Positions 38,845-51,489 of a stretch of DNA of 64,000 nucleotides are shown piece after piece; the stretch's first letter is position 1; each line of letters opens with the position of its first letter. The DNA lies in the NCBI GenBank assembly GCA_951406725.2, contig OX597823.1, positions 19,592,001-19,656,000 of the forward strand, in the 5' to 3' direction. The notes under the pieces were generated by a model. It did not search any database, had not been told where the DNA came from, and saw only the letters and a list, made by a program, of their open reading frames with translations. Source of the DNA: Octopus vulgaris. Its lineage: Eukaryota. The position numbers were made by a program, and so were the translations under genes.

Positions 38845-39173
38845 GCCCCTGTGCCGGTGGCACGTAAAAGCACCATCCGATCGTGGCTGTTGCCAGCCTC
38901 GCCTGGCCCCCGTGCTGGTGGCACATAAAAAGCACCATCCGTCCGTGGCCGTTTGCCAGCTCCGTCTGGCACCTGTGCGGGTGGCACGTAAAAAGCACCC
39001 ACTACACTCACGGAGTGGTTGGCGTTAGGAAGGGCATCCAGCTGTAGAAACACTGCCAGATCAGACTGGAGCCTGATGCAGCCTTCTGGCTTCACAGACC
39101 CCAGTTGAACTGTCCAACCCATGCTAGCATGGAAAGCGGACGCTAAATGATGATGATGATGATGATGATGATG
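38845..39173 (+). mobile_element. Family C retroposon
   Basis: Three ggcacgtaaaagcacc repeats, ggcgttaggaagggcatccagc core, (GAT)n tail. Confidence 0.9.
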
Positions 39174-39258
39174 AAGGGAAAAACTCCTAGCACTGGCAGG
39201 ACAAAACTGAATAAAGCAATGCATTTAGTTAGATGCTGTGTTATTTCTGTCATCTAAA

Positions 39259-39447
39259 TGGGATGTTTTATTAACAACTATGAGGGTGTTCTGTGAACTA
39301 CAAGGGGGTTCTGTCAACCATATGGTCATTCTGTTAATTACATAATTGTTTTGTTAACGCCATGGGTATTCCGTTAACTACAAAAGTGTTCTGTTCACTA
39401 CAAGTGCATGCTGTTAACCCATATGGGTGTTCTGTTAGCCCACAGGG
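39259..39447. repeat. Degenerate ~20-bp minisatellite (gggtgttctgttaactacaa), about 9 copies
   Basis: Direct inspection. Confidence 0.8.
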
Positions 39448-39813
39448 CTGAGCTTTTTATGTTCCTGGGCCAGGATGAAAAGTCAAACATTGAAACAATT
39501 CACTAATTCCTTCTTCCAGTTACAACATGAAGGTCAGAAGCCCTTCGATCAGCCTTGGTAGTCCTACATATTACAAACACTTCACAACTATATGGAAAAA
39601 AAAAAACCTCTACTTGACTCAGAGAGTTTTCCAGAAAGGGGAGGATGTGCAAAATGAAGTGTTTTTATGGCATACCTTTTAGTTCCAGTTCCCACAGTGA
39701 AAATTAAGAAACACACATTCCCTGGGATAAAAAACATGTTCTAGCTATAACCATCACCTCTGATTTTAGGCATAGTATAACTTGGAAACTGCACTATCCA
39801 ATATTCCCTCATA

Positions 39814-40315
39814 TCTATATATATAAAACTGTAGTTGTGTGAGTGTCTGTCCCCTTCGATTTAGATTCCTAACTACTCCCACATTTTGGGGTGCAGTTTA
39901 ACCAAATTCGGGTATCTTATAGCGTGATTAATATCGAGCCCGTCTGGCTATTAGCGCGCGTCTACGATTTTAAAAATTATTTAACATCATTTTTAATTCC
40001 ATTTTAAAGCATAATTTTTCGTGTGTCGATGGCGGCGGAGTTGGCGTCCATGGTCACACCTGCACCTGTGTTTGCTTCTCCCCTTCTTCCCTCCCTCGTG
40101 AAGCTGTGGGGAAGGGAGTGTAAGGAAATCAACGTCGTAAAGCGTCGTCAAGGAGACCAGCGTTCTTTTAGAACAACGACTTCATGGCTTGAAGACACCA
40201 AAACAGAAATGGCTAAGAAAGCCCGAATTGGCATCTATAAAGGAAGTAACTCTCTAAAAATGCTTATATAGTTATTTCCCTTACAAACCCAAGCAATGCC
40301 GGGTGATACTGCTAG
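39814..40315 (+). mobile_element. Non-autonomous Helitron, copy 2, with an extra CpG-rich internal segment
   Basis: A|TC..CTAG|T termini. Ends shared with 32-419. Extra segment at ~40021-40227. Confidence 0.85.
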
Positions 40316-40536
40316 TTTTTAATAAAAATCTAGTGAGGTGTGATCTGAAGGTAATATGGTCACTGTATCTCAAGCAAACACCATAAGCCACTTAGGATAT
40401 GTGTGTGTGTGTGTGTGTTCTCTACTGTTACTTATCTAAACCAATACAAAAACGAAGAACTAAAGCAGGGGTAGGAAAAACCCTGCCCGCTGATGCAATT
40501 GTGCCTGTGAGTCCATTTTATTGTACCTGCAGGCTG

Positions 40537-40847
40537 TTGTTGTTTGTTCCTTCTCGAGCCATGCCTGGCTCATAAGGGCCGGTTTCCCGGTTTCTTGGCG
40601 TATAGGTTCCCCCACCTGGACGGGACGCCGGTCCGTCGCAGGTGAGCTGCAAGATGCAGGAGGAAAGAGTGACAGAAAAATGTGGCGAAAGAGTCAGCAG
40701 AAGTTTCGCCATTACCTTCTGCTGGAGCCGCGTGGAGCTTAGGTGTTTTCGCTCATTAAACACACACATCGCCCGGTCTGAGATTCGAACCCGCGATTCC
40801 TCGACTGCGAGTCCGCTGCTCTAACCACTAGGCCATGTGCCTCCACA
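40537..40847 (-). mobile_element. SINE family D, tail 1
   Basis: Near-identical to 15654-15957. TSD cctgcaggctg at 40526-40536 and 40849-40859. Confidence 0.92.
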
Positions 40848-41117
40848 GCCTGCAGGCTGGTATATTTGTATGTACAAACTATAGTCAATTTTTCAATTAT
40901 AAAATTTATACAATATTTGTATGCCTCTTTGCAACATAGGTCGTGTTTCCATTACGACTTAAAACGGGTAAACTCAAACAGAAAATCATCCAGTTATTGT
41001 CATCTGAATGGAAATTTTGTTTTCGCTATAAAACACATATTGCTAGGTTTGTACCATCCCCTTGAGACCCCACTACACTCTAGCCAAAAAATAAAAAAAT
41101 ACCTCATAAGTAATATT

Positions 41118-41332
41118 TATTTTTATATTGCCCACAAGGGGCTAAACACAGAGGGGACAAACAAAGGGATTAAGTCGATTGCATCAACCCCAGTGCGTAA
41201 CTGGTACTTATTTTATCGACCCCAAAAGGACGAAAGATAAAGTCGACCTCGGCAAAATTTGAACTCAGAACGTAAATACAGATGAAATACCGCTAAGCAT
41301 TTCACCCGGTGTGCTAATGTTTCTGCCGGCTC
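41118..41332 (-). mobile_element. SINE family B, tail type 1
   Basis: 17-bp TSD acctcataagtaatatt at 41101-41117 and 41333-41349. Confidence 0.9.
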
Positions 41333-41682
41333 ACCTCATAAGTAATATTAACGTCCTAAATTCAGTGGTGGCGTTAATGATGTTACATGTTAACTTAATG
41401 TGTTAAACTTACCTTTATTAATGTATATCGAATTATACATAAATATATACAAGATCTACATAAATATAAGAGTTAGAACTTGTGATCTACCCGTGGACCT
41501 TTATCTGTGGAAATTTTTGCCTGCTACACTAAAAAGTTTCCCCACCCCTGAACTAAAGGAAGGGTTGGTAGAAGAGAATAGAAAAAAACTTTGTAAAGAG
41601 ATTTTCCTTACTGTTTCATAGATAACCATCGGTGGTCGAGTGTTAGTTCTTGGCGGTGTATTTGCATTGTTGCTGTTGCTGT

Positions 41683-42060
41683 TGAGCGAACGGTCTTCGT
41701 CCCAGAGCTCGCAAGTTGGGAGAAGTCCGAAACGTGGTCCTTTGCTATTTGTAAGACCCACAGAAGAGAAAGCAGGTCAACCCCCCAACACCGAGAGCAT
41801 CGATGGATGGATGGATGGATGAGTGCGCATCCAGGCTCAGCGGTTGCGTAGGAAGTCGGGGACAAGAAACAGGAAGAAAGAGTGAGAGAAAGTTGGAGCG
41901 AAAGAGTACAACAGGGGTCACCACCACCCCCTGCCGGAGCCTCATGGAGCTTTAGGCGTTTTCGCCCAATAAACACACACAATGCCCGGTCTGGGAATCG
42001 AAACTGCGATCCTCTGACCGCGAGTCCGCTGCCCTAACCACTGAGCCACTGCGCCTCCAC
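41683..42060 (-). mobile_element. SINE family D, tail 3
   Basis: Same head and central domain as other D copies, unrelated tail. TSD tgctgttgctgt. Confidence 0.88.
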
Positions 42061-43694
42061 TGCTGTTGCTGTGTGTATGCAGCAGTATTTTTTATATTAT
42101 TTTTTTTTATATGCATGATGTATTGTTACTGTTTTTGTTAAAGAAAATAAAAGAGAAATGAGGACATTCCATCTAAAGCTTTCACTTGATAGAAAAGAAG
42201 TATATGTATGTGTGTGTATGTGTTCTGTTTGTATGTCCATGTGTATTATGTGTGTGTGTGTGTGATTGTGTTCCATGTGAGTGTATATGCGCATATGATT
42301 ACTGGGTGTGTGAGCATGTTTCAGAAGTCTCAAATGTGATATCCTTAAGTCATACAACAGGGTTAGTACTAACACTGGTTTGGTATCAGTAACGGATACG
42401 TAACCAGTAACAATGACGATGGAACTCGTGATGATGATGCTGATGATGATAATGACGGTGATAGTAACGATACTGATGATAATGATAATTATGTTGTAAA
42501 AAAAAACAAACAAAAAAAAAACAAGTGATGACGATGACATGATGACACTTGTAAAACAAAATGATGACGATTGTAATAAAGACAATACTACATTGCAACA
42601 AAGGTGACATTGGTAATAACGATTCTTCGTAGGAGCAGCCAAAAATGATACTTAGTTAAATCTCTCACGGTTTTGAGTTCAAATCTCGCCCAAGACCAAC
42701 GTCCAGTTTGCTTGTTATATTTCCATAACCAACAAAAATTACCCACTGAAAATTGAAGTTTATTTCATTGGCTAACCCTGTTCTCACCAGTTTATTATAA
42801 TATGGATCTCTAAGGCACAAAGATGGATATAAGTTGATGAAAACAATCCCAGTACTTGACTGGTACTCTATTTTACCAACCAGAAAGTTTGAACTGCAAA
42901 GTCCATCTTGGCAGCGGCTGAACTCTGAATACATACAGAGAGATATAATAAATACTGAACCTTATATTCAGTGCTCTAACAAATCTGCCACCTCCTACCC
43001 TTATTTAGAAGATGTAAGCAAGGTAAATCTAATGAATCTGTCATCTCCTACCATTATTTAGAGGATGTAAGCAGGTGAAGTTGTTGGGAGGTTTGCTGCT
43101 CAACAGTGGAGATCGGGGTTTGACTGCACTGAGTTGTGTCTTGGGTGGAGGTCTTTTGCTGTAGTGTTGAGTTGCCTAGGTCTTGTTGGTGAAGATGGGT
43201 GGATGGATGGCAACTGTATGAAAGCATGTCACATTGACTGTCCTTGTAATTCAAAGGCCTAGCTCCGTCACACTTTGAGCCACACTAAATTCATCCAGAG
43301 TATTTTGATGAGGGCACATGTCTGTAGAACACTTAGTTGCTTATACTCTAGTTCCATGAGCAGGTAGTTCAGACAACCAAGAACCTGGATGCTCACCGTC
43401 AAAACTGAGGGAAGATTTCTCGATAATAATTCCAGTTTTGGCACAAGGCCAGAATTTTTGAGAGGAGGGGTGCAAGTTGATTTCATCAACCCAAGTATGG
43501 GGCTGGTACTTTATTCTATCAACCATAAAAGGATGAGAAGCGAAATTAACCTCAGCAGGATTTGAACCCAGAACATAAAAGTACCAGGAGGAATGCCATT
43601 TAGCATATTGTCCAACAGAGTAACAATTGTAGCTCATTACCTTAAATAAAGCTTTCAAAGTTTAACACAAGGACAGCAATTTTAAGGAGAGGTT

Positions 43695-44200
43695 GCGAAG
43701 ACCTGTTGAGGCAAGTGAAATCGAAATCAAATTCGATGACAGCACTGCATGACTGGCCCCCGTGCTAGTGGAGTGCTAAGAGCACTATTCGAGCGTGATC
43801 ATTGCCAGGGCTGCTGACTAGCCCCCGTGCCGGTGACACGTAAAAAGCACCATTCGACCATGATCTTTACCAGCGTCGCCTTACTGACACTTGTGCCAGT
43901 GGTACGTGAAAAATAACATTTGAGCAAAGGCACTGCCAGTGCCACTGGACTGGCTCCTGTGCAGGTGACACGTAAAAACACCATTTGAGCATGGCCGTTG
44001 TCAGTACCGCCTGACTGGCCCTCATGCTAGTGGTATGTAAAAGCACCCACTACACTCTCAAAGTGGTAAGCATTAGGAAGGGCATTCAGCTGTAGAAACT
44101 GCCAAATTAGATTGGAGCTTGGTGCAGCCATCTGGTTCACCAGTCCTCAGTCAAACTGTCCAACCCATGCCAGCATGGGAAGCGAATGTTAAAAGATGAT
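43695..44200 (+). mobile_element. Family C retroposon, longest copy
   Basis: At least 4 internal cacgtaaaaagcacc-type repeats, ttaggaagggcattcagc core, caacccatgccagcatgg tail. Confidence 0.88.
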
Positions 44201-44829
44201 TATTATTATTATTATTATTATTAAGGTGGCAAGCCTTAATAATGTTTAGTTACAAAAAATTATTTTTTAAATCTGTCGGTCAAAAGATAAAGATCCGCAG
44301 TCTTTACTTGCATTATGTCTCTGTTTGTTGAAGACTGATCTATCAGCCCCTGATTTTTAGCCCTTTTGTTACCCTATTTCTGTGGTAACACACCGTTTTT
44401 GTTTCAATTAATTTTGTAAATAATGAAAAAATTCTGTAAAATAACTTTGTTCAAAATGGTGCTTTGAACAAAAAGTATCATGAAATTCTGATGCAAGGTT
44501 TTAATTTAAAAACAGGAAGTGGCTTACAAAAAGAATGACAAGAGGTCCATGACCTCCAGAACTTGTAAAGGAAATGGAGAAAGAAAGAAACTACGACAAG
44601 GGTTACACCACAGAGTGAGTGGATATCAGTTTGAAAGCTGACAACTGTGTGAACTCCACTAACAGCCAAATACTCAGAACCAGGGAGATAGAGGTGTTAA
44701 ACCAGGTAAATATTAGTCACACGTGTACAATATGCTGTACAAAACATCCAAATCCGTACCAACGTGATAGAATAGATAATAAAACATTGATAATGGTATA
44801 CGCAAACGACCATACACTAATATATCACC

Positions 44830-45020
44830 ATTATCATCATCATCGTCACTTAACATCTGTTTTCCATGCCGGCATGGGTTGAACGGTTTGACCAGAGCTG
44901 GTAAGGCTAGGGGCCACACCAAGCTCCTTTGTTTTGGCATGGATTTCTACAGCCGGATGCTCTTCTTGACACCAACCACTTCACAAGAGTGTACTGGGTG
45001 CCTTTTGAAGTGGCACCGAC
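44830..45020 (-). mobile_element. Family C retroposon fragment
   Basis: tttccatgccggcatgggttgaacgg..ttctacagccggatgc. Confidence 0.75.
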
Positions 45021-45324
45021 ATGATTAATACACACACACAATATATATATATATATATATAGGAGAGAGGGAGACACACACACACACACAAAGATAGCAA
45101 CATAGATGCACACACACAACATGGAGATATATCAAAATTAAATAAATGTTTATTATATATACATATGACTGCTGTGTATATATCTATTTATAACCATTGG
45201 TACTATAGTTATTAATATCTAATAGTCACCCAAATACCAATATATCAACTAAAATATGGGTGTCCTAAGCTTATTTACATTCCACTTCAGCAGCTTCAAA
45301 GACAGATGCAAGCTATCTCCGATT

Positions 45325-45517
45325 ACTCTCTTTTACTCTTTTACTTGTTTCAGTCATTTGACTGCGGCCATGCTGGAGCACCGCCTTTAGTCGAGCAACT
45401 CGACCCCGGGACTTATTCTTTTTTGTAAGCCCAGTACTTATTCTATCGGTCTCTTTTGCCGAACTGCTAAGTGACGGGGACGTAAACATCGGTTGTCGAG
45501 CAATGCTTGGGGAACAA

Positions 45518-45550
<33 letters not shown>

Positions 45551-45721
45551 CATATATACGACAGGCTTCTTTCAGTTTCCGTCTACTAAATCCACTCACT
45601 AGGCATTGGTTGGCCCGGAGCAATAGCAGAAGACACTTGCCCAAGATGCCACACAGTGGGAATGAACCCGGAACCATGTGGTTGGTAAGCAAGCTACTTA
45701 CCACACAGCCACTCCTGCGCC
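45325..45721 (-). mobile_element. SINE family A, full length, young
   Basis: Complete tail-to-head match. Most CpGs retained. Confidence 0.92.
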
Positions 45722-46923
45722 TTTTTTTTTTGCGATTGTTTTTTTTTCTTTTTCTTTTTTTTTTGTGTGTTTTTAGAAGAATCTAGTTGATTTGATCCTC
45801 ATTTCAAGTTGCCAAAAATCCTGTGGATTACCTGTAGGGTCTATTTTCACAGCTGGAATAGGAATATGTTCTATTCAGGACTTCTATGTGTATGAATGAG
45901 CATGCATGTGTGTGTGTGTATGTGTGTGATGGGGGCATGCAAATATATAAACACTATTAAATCCATAGTCGTAAAACAAAGCTCAACTATTTATCAGCCA
46001 TGCATACTAGGGTAAGGAGCATTATGTAATTTGCCCCAGGGCACAACATTATACACATGTGGCTATAGAAAGGTGTCAAAATTTGTTTGAACATGCAAAT
46101 TCAGCAATATTTTAACTGTACAGCTAATCCACATTTGTGTCAAAAGCACCCACCTACCTCACTTCTGCTCTGCTCAAGCCTAGCAGAAGATGATGGGAAT
46201 CTGGGGCGGGGGGGAAGCCTTACAGAAATCAGGGTAGGAATAAATGTGAGGCAAACAATCATTTCACATTTTTTTAACCTGTCAGTTAATGAAATAAATG
46301 GTTGACCTGCTTCTAACCTCTGACCTTTACAGTTCAAGTTTCTCAACCTGGGACACACATTACTTACTCTTTTTCTCCGATTAAGTAAAACAGTCCTACA
46401 ATCATGGCAATGTTAATGATAATTATATAGGACAGTAATTTTCAACAATCATTCATTATCCTCATAATTTTAAATCCTATCAGCTTTTCCATGCTAGCCA
46501 TGATTGAATATAATTATTTCTAGAATGGCTTCTTCCTTTTTGCTGCAATCCTTTGTTATCTCCCCTTTTTTAGTTCAGGCTCCTGGGTTTAGAATTTACC
46601 ACTTCTTCCCAATTCTTCTTCAGTCCCCACTCCTTTTTTTTTCTTTTCACATAGTCATTCCATTAGGAACACTAGGCACTTATTTCACCAACTGATTAAA
46701 AAAAAAAAACTTTTTTATACTCTAACTTAAAGGAATCTTATCAGCAACTTGTTTTGGACAAGTGAAGCCTGTCTGCCTTTTTCATTCTGTTTTAGGAAAT
46801 GCAAGAAACAAAACCCAAAAAACCCCCAGAAGTATAAAACTGGAAGAGGAGCAGTAACACTGATTTACAGTGATTTAGACTGCAGTTACTTGGACTACCA
46901 ATAATTATTTTGGCTGTATAATA

Positions 46924-47150
46924 TCATCATCATCATCGTTTAGCATCCGCTTTCCATGCTGGCATGGGTTGGACGGTTCAACTGGGGTCTGGGAAGCCCG
47001 AAGGCTGCACCAGGCCCAGTCAGATCTGGCAGTGTTTCTACAGCTGGATGCCCTTCCTAACGCCAACCACTCCGTGAGTGTAGTGGGTGCTTTTTATGTG
47101 CCACCGACACAGGTGCCAGACGAGGTTGGCGAACGGCCACGCTCGGATGG
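46924..47150 (-). mobile_element. Family C retroposon
   Basis: (CAT)n followed by cgtttagcatccgctttccatgctggcatggg. Confidence 0.88.
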
Positions 47151-47504
47151 TTGAAAGACTAAAGTTAGCCTTTTGCACTGCCTAAAGAATTCTGATCAGT
47201 TGTTAGGAAGTATCATCGCTGGATTGTCTGTATAATTCGTGAAGGGCTGAATGGTAGAAAGAGCTAAAGAAGAAAGCGGGAAGTTGAGGACAACATATAG
47301 TTCTTTTCTGTATGTACATATACACATACATTTCTTTTCTTATCTATCTATCTATCTTTCTTTCTCCCTCTCTATCTATCTATATATTTGTCTCTATGTT
47401 AACATGTAGGCATGGTTGTATGGTTAAGAAGTTTACTCCCAACAGATGTAGTTTTATATTCAGCCTAACTGTTTAACACTATACTCTCTCTCTCTCTCTC
47501 TCTC

Positions 47505-47686
47505 TCTTTTTACTCTTTTACTGGAGCACCACCTTTAGTCGAGCAAATCGACCCCAGGACTTATTATTTGTAAGCCTAGTACTTATTCTATTGGTCCCTT
47601 TTGCCGAACAGCTAAGTTACGGGAACATAAACACACCAGCATCATTTGTCAAGTGATGTTGGGGTGACAAACACAGACACGCAAAC

Positions 47687-47720
<34 letters not shown>

Positions 47721-47891
47721 TATATACGACGGGCTTCTTTCAGTTTCCGTCTACCAAATCCACTCGCAAGGCTTTGGTCAGCCTGAAACTATATTAGAAG
47801 ACACTTCCCCCAAGGTGCCACACAGTGGGACTGAACCAGGAGCCATGTGGTTCATAAGCAAGCTACTTACCACACAACCACTCCTACACCT
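47505..47891 (-). mobile_element. SINE family A
   Basis: Tail-to-head match ending ccactcctacacc. Confidence 0.88.
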
Positions 47892-47993
47892 ATTGACTAT
47901 GGTCAAGCATTATTACTTTGGGACAGCCAAAGCCTTGTGAGTGGATTTGGTAGTCAGAAACTGAAAGAAATCCATCATGTGCATGTGTGTTTA

Positions 47994-48375
47994 TCTCTCT
48001 CTATATAAACGGCAGTTTGTCTGTGCGTGTTTCTGTGTGTCTGTTTGCTTGTACCCTCACCCTGACCACGGCTTTCAACCGATTCTGATGAAACTTGACA
48101 CACACATAGCCCAATGTCATAATTCAAAACTAACGCAGCGAAAATTTTGAAAAGTTCCCCCTGTTCTGAAAAAAATCGATAAATTCGACATGGGGTCAAG
48201 AATCAGAAACACAAACCGCAAACTGTCTAGGGGACGCAACTCCACCTTTTTTAACTAAAAAAAAATTTACCATCATTTTTTTCCATTTTTTTGATATTTT
48301 TTGGCTATAACTCTCTAAAAATGCTTTATAGTTATTTCCCTTACAAACCTGAGCAACGCCGGGCGATACTGCTAG
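47994..48375 (+). mobile_element. Non-autonomous Helitron, copy 3 (different 5' module)
   Basis: A|TC..CTAG|T termini. 3' ~120 bp shared with copies 1 and 2. The 5' part contains aaccgattctgatgaaactt. Confidence 0.82.
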
Positions 48376-48485
48376 TGTATACATGAATGCATATATCTCT
48401 GTGTTTGTTTACATTTATGCTTCTCAGAAAATTGTGATCTTAAAAGCAGTGATACCATTTCCTTGTCATCAAAACCACCCACCAG

Positions 48486-48892
48486 GGATCTTTTTTCGGT
48501 TTGAACGGCAGTTTTTTCTAGCGGTGTCATATGAAATTGTCACCCATAATTATGACCCTAGTATCGATCTATTGCATTTCAATCTCTGTTAGGGTTAGGG
48601 GTGGGGGGAAGAGTATCTTTTTCTCTTCACAAATGTAAATAAACCCAATCTGTTTTTTAAACGAGGGACATATTCATATGGCACAGAATGTTTTTTTTAC
48701 CTCAATGGATGTCAGTGATTGGTAGAAATTGCAGAAAAAAAACAACAAATATCTTACAAACTATAGAATTTTCTCAATAAAGCCAAGAGAAAAAGATGTT
48801 TTATACACACATTCTACCAGTATACGAAGTTTAAAACTTTTTTAGTTACCTAGAAATTATGCTAAAAACTGCCGTTCAAACCGAAAAGATCC
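48486..48892 (+). mobile_element. Merlin-type MITE M1
   Basis: GGATC..GATCC TIRs. Imperfect TSD cccacca. Confidence 0.88.
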
Positions 48893-49364
48893 CCCCACCA
48901 ATTTTGCACCTTCAAAGGTGCACGGAAAAGACCTCTTACTTGAAAACACAAGTAAGGGCTAACGACTGATTATTCATCAGTGTAAAACAATTCGACAATA
49001 ATATATTCCTTAAGTCTTGCTAGCATGGGAAAACGAACATAAAAACAAACAATTTCACACACATACAGTGTGTATATTATTTTATATATTTTTCTCTCAC
49101 CATCACTCACTAGACATGTCATCCTATCATTCTTGCGAAATCATCTCTCTATCCCCTCTATACTACGTATACTCTCCGCCGTACTGTTCCCTGCAAATAG
49201 GCCCCTTTACATCTCCAACACCATCTATTCTTCTTCCTCTCTGTCTGTCTGTCTCTCTCTCTCATTCTCTCTGTTTCCAATTCCTCTTCTGGTGTAGTCA
49301 AGTATACACTTTATATAGCATGACAGCCATCTCTTCTGTCCTTCTATAAAACTCTTAACATTTG

Positions 49365-49625
49365 AGCTGTGAGGTTTGTCTCGCAAGCTACTTGGCGATC
49401 CAGCTGGTACCACGTAAAAAGCACCTGTGCCAGTACCACGTAAAAGGCACTTTTGCCGGTGTCACGCAAAAAGCACCCAGTACACTCTGTAAAGTAGTTG
49501 GCGTTAGGCAGGATATCCAGCCATAGAAACCATGCCAAAACAGACGAATGGAGCCCTCCGGTTTGCCAGCTCTTCTCGAACCGTCCAACCTCTGCCAACA
49601 TGGAAAACGGACGTAAAATGATGAT
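49365..49625 (+). mobile_element. Family C retroposon
   Basis: cacgtaaaaagcac x3, ggcgttaggcaggatatccagc, catggaaaacggacgt. Confidence 0.8.
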
Positions 49626-50032
49626 ATATTGTCCTGCCTTATTTAACACATTATTCCAAATGAAATCCAAAGATGAAACAGTCAACATTGACACCAGACA
49701 AACAACTAATACCTGGCTACATGACGGTAAACAACAGACTTCCTACTCGAGTGGACTCTGATGTTCTAAATCACGATTTAAAAGGTTACTCAGGTGGGGT
49801 TACTAAGATACGACACCGGGGTCAATAACGGCCAATACCTAGTTATATTAAAATCAAATGCGTACAATATGATATACACATATGTAAAAATACACACATG
49901 TACACATACGTATAATTCACACACACTCAATTACAGATCACACACACAGGTTTGTTTTTATGTTTAGTTATATCAAAAACAATTTTACATCAATCTGGTG
50001 GGTTAATATTGTAGAGTACAAATTTATTGTTG

Positions 50033-50132
50033 TTACACGAGAATGTTGTTGACAGCGATTTCGAAGTTTCGGACAACTCAGCCATCAGCTGGCCGAAACT
50101 TCTGAGCCACTGTCAACAACATTCTTGTATAA
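50033..50132. repeat. ~100-bp imperfect palindrome
   Basis: gagaatgttgttgacag..gaagtttcgg versus ccgaaacttc..ctgtcaacaacattctt. Confidence 0.85.
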
Positions 50133-50143
50133 GTGTGTATGTG

Positions 50144-50399
50144 TGTGGAGGCGCAGCGGACTCGCGGTCGTAGGATCGCTGTTTCGATTCCCAGACCGGG
50201 CGTTGTGAGTGTTTATTGAGCGAAGACACCTAAAGCTCCACGATGCTGTACTCTTTCGCCACAACTTTCTCTCTTACTCTTTCTTCTGTTGGCCTGCTCG
50301 CTTAGCCAGCGGGGTGGCGTCATTTGAAGGCTAAAACAATGCAAAGCGCATTGTGACCAGCGATGTGTAGCAACATCTGATTGCCTGGTCGACCACGAT
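50144..50399 (+). mobile_element. SINE family D, tail 4 (A box deleted)
   Basis: gcggactcgcggtcg head remnant. Tail ggggtggcgtcatttgaag is also seen near 58008-58026. Confidence 0.82.
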
Positions 50400-50560
50400 A
50401 TATATATATATATATATATTATATTAAATTAGAGATGAAACCACTATTAGGCAAATCAAACAATGAAAAACATAAGCCAATACCTAAAATTAATTTAATT
50501 TATATTATTTTAAATATATATCAAAAGTATTAAAAGTTTAACAAAAGATAAAGAGTAAAA

Positions 50561-50653
50561 CACTACGATCGTTTCATGGCTGTACAATTCGAATAACAAT
50601 AATTTAAATTCAATTAATAATTCGAGTTATGGTTACAGTCAATCTTCAGGTTA
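50561..50653 (-). ncRNA. Hammerhead ribozyme motif in an AT-rich Penelope-like pLTR (~50420-50790)
   Basis: Minus strand: c-CTGAAGA-t-tgactgta..(long loop)..tacagcca-t-GAAA-cgatcg-TA-gtg. Palindromic stem III ACGATCGT. Confidence 0.65.
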
Positions 50654-50982
50654 ATTGAAATATCTAAAAAATAATCAGAAATATTTAAACAATATTTTTA
50701 AGATATAAATAATATAATTTTACTTATAATAAACTCTATTATCAAACTAGAAACATAAAACTTAACAATTACGATTATATCAAAATCGACTATATATATA
50801 TATATACACACACACAGAGTCATAATATATATATATAGGTCCCATATAAATACGCAGGCACATAATTATGTGTGTGTTTGTGATAACAGTTTTGTGTGAG
50901 TGATTAAGAATGGAAATTATTAACTATGAACTTATGTGATGAGTCTGCAGATTTTCTGTGTGAGTACGGTTGTATGTGATAA

Positions 50983-51015
<33 letters not shown>

Positions 51016-51165
51016 AATTAATATATCATATTTGTAGCGTGTGTGTATGTGTAAATAAGGAATATATGAATGAGGTATAATTTTCAAATATGTCAAGTGA
51101 TGTGTATGTTTGTGTGTCAGATTAATAACGGCGGAGTGTGAGCGTGTCTATTAAACATTTAATAA

Positions 51166-51197
<32 letters not shown>

Positions 51198-51489
51198 GTG
51201 GGGGGGGGTTGATTATAAATTAGAAGCAGAGGTTGACTGTGTGTGTGTGTGTGTGTATGTACTAGAAAGGAGAGGGAAATACGTTGCAAGTGTATGTGTT
51301 TGTGTGGGTGAGTAAATTTAAATTAAGTCTAGTTAGTATATATATATACAACAACAGTTTGTCGCCATACACGCAATGGCAAAAAAAGAAAGAAAAAAAG
51401 ATAAAACATGATGAAAAAATATGCAGCATCACCCCCACCCCACCCCATCCCCTATCAGCTCCCCTCCACCGCCATCGCCACCTTTTTAA

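Noticed and set aside
40548-40580. Hammerhead-like cttatgagcc..ggctcgagaa in SINE D tail 1
   Set aside because: Both copies lack CUGA and GAAA. More simply explained as a LINE-type 3' stem-loop.
40780-40847. tRNA gene-like sequences at SINE heads
   Set aside because: A and B boxes are present, but there is no full cloverleaf and they continue into SINE bodies flanked by TSDs.
42097-42642. 181-aa hydrophobic ORF
   Set aside because: Built from (ATC)n and (CA)n low-complexity tracts.
42985-43079. ~43-bp direct repeat pair
   Set aside because: Small local tandem duplication beside degenerate SINEs, with no further structure.
43740-44050. CRISPR-like periodic repeats (cacgtaaaaagcacc)
   Set aside because: Internal tandem repeats of family C. 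The spacers are homologous to each other and the context is eukaryotic.
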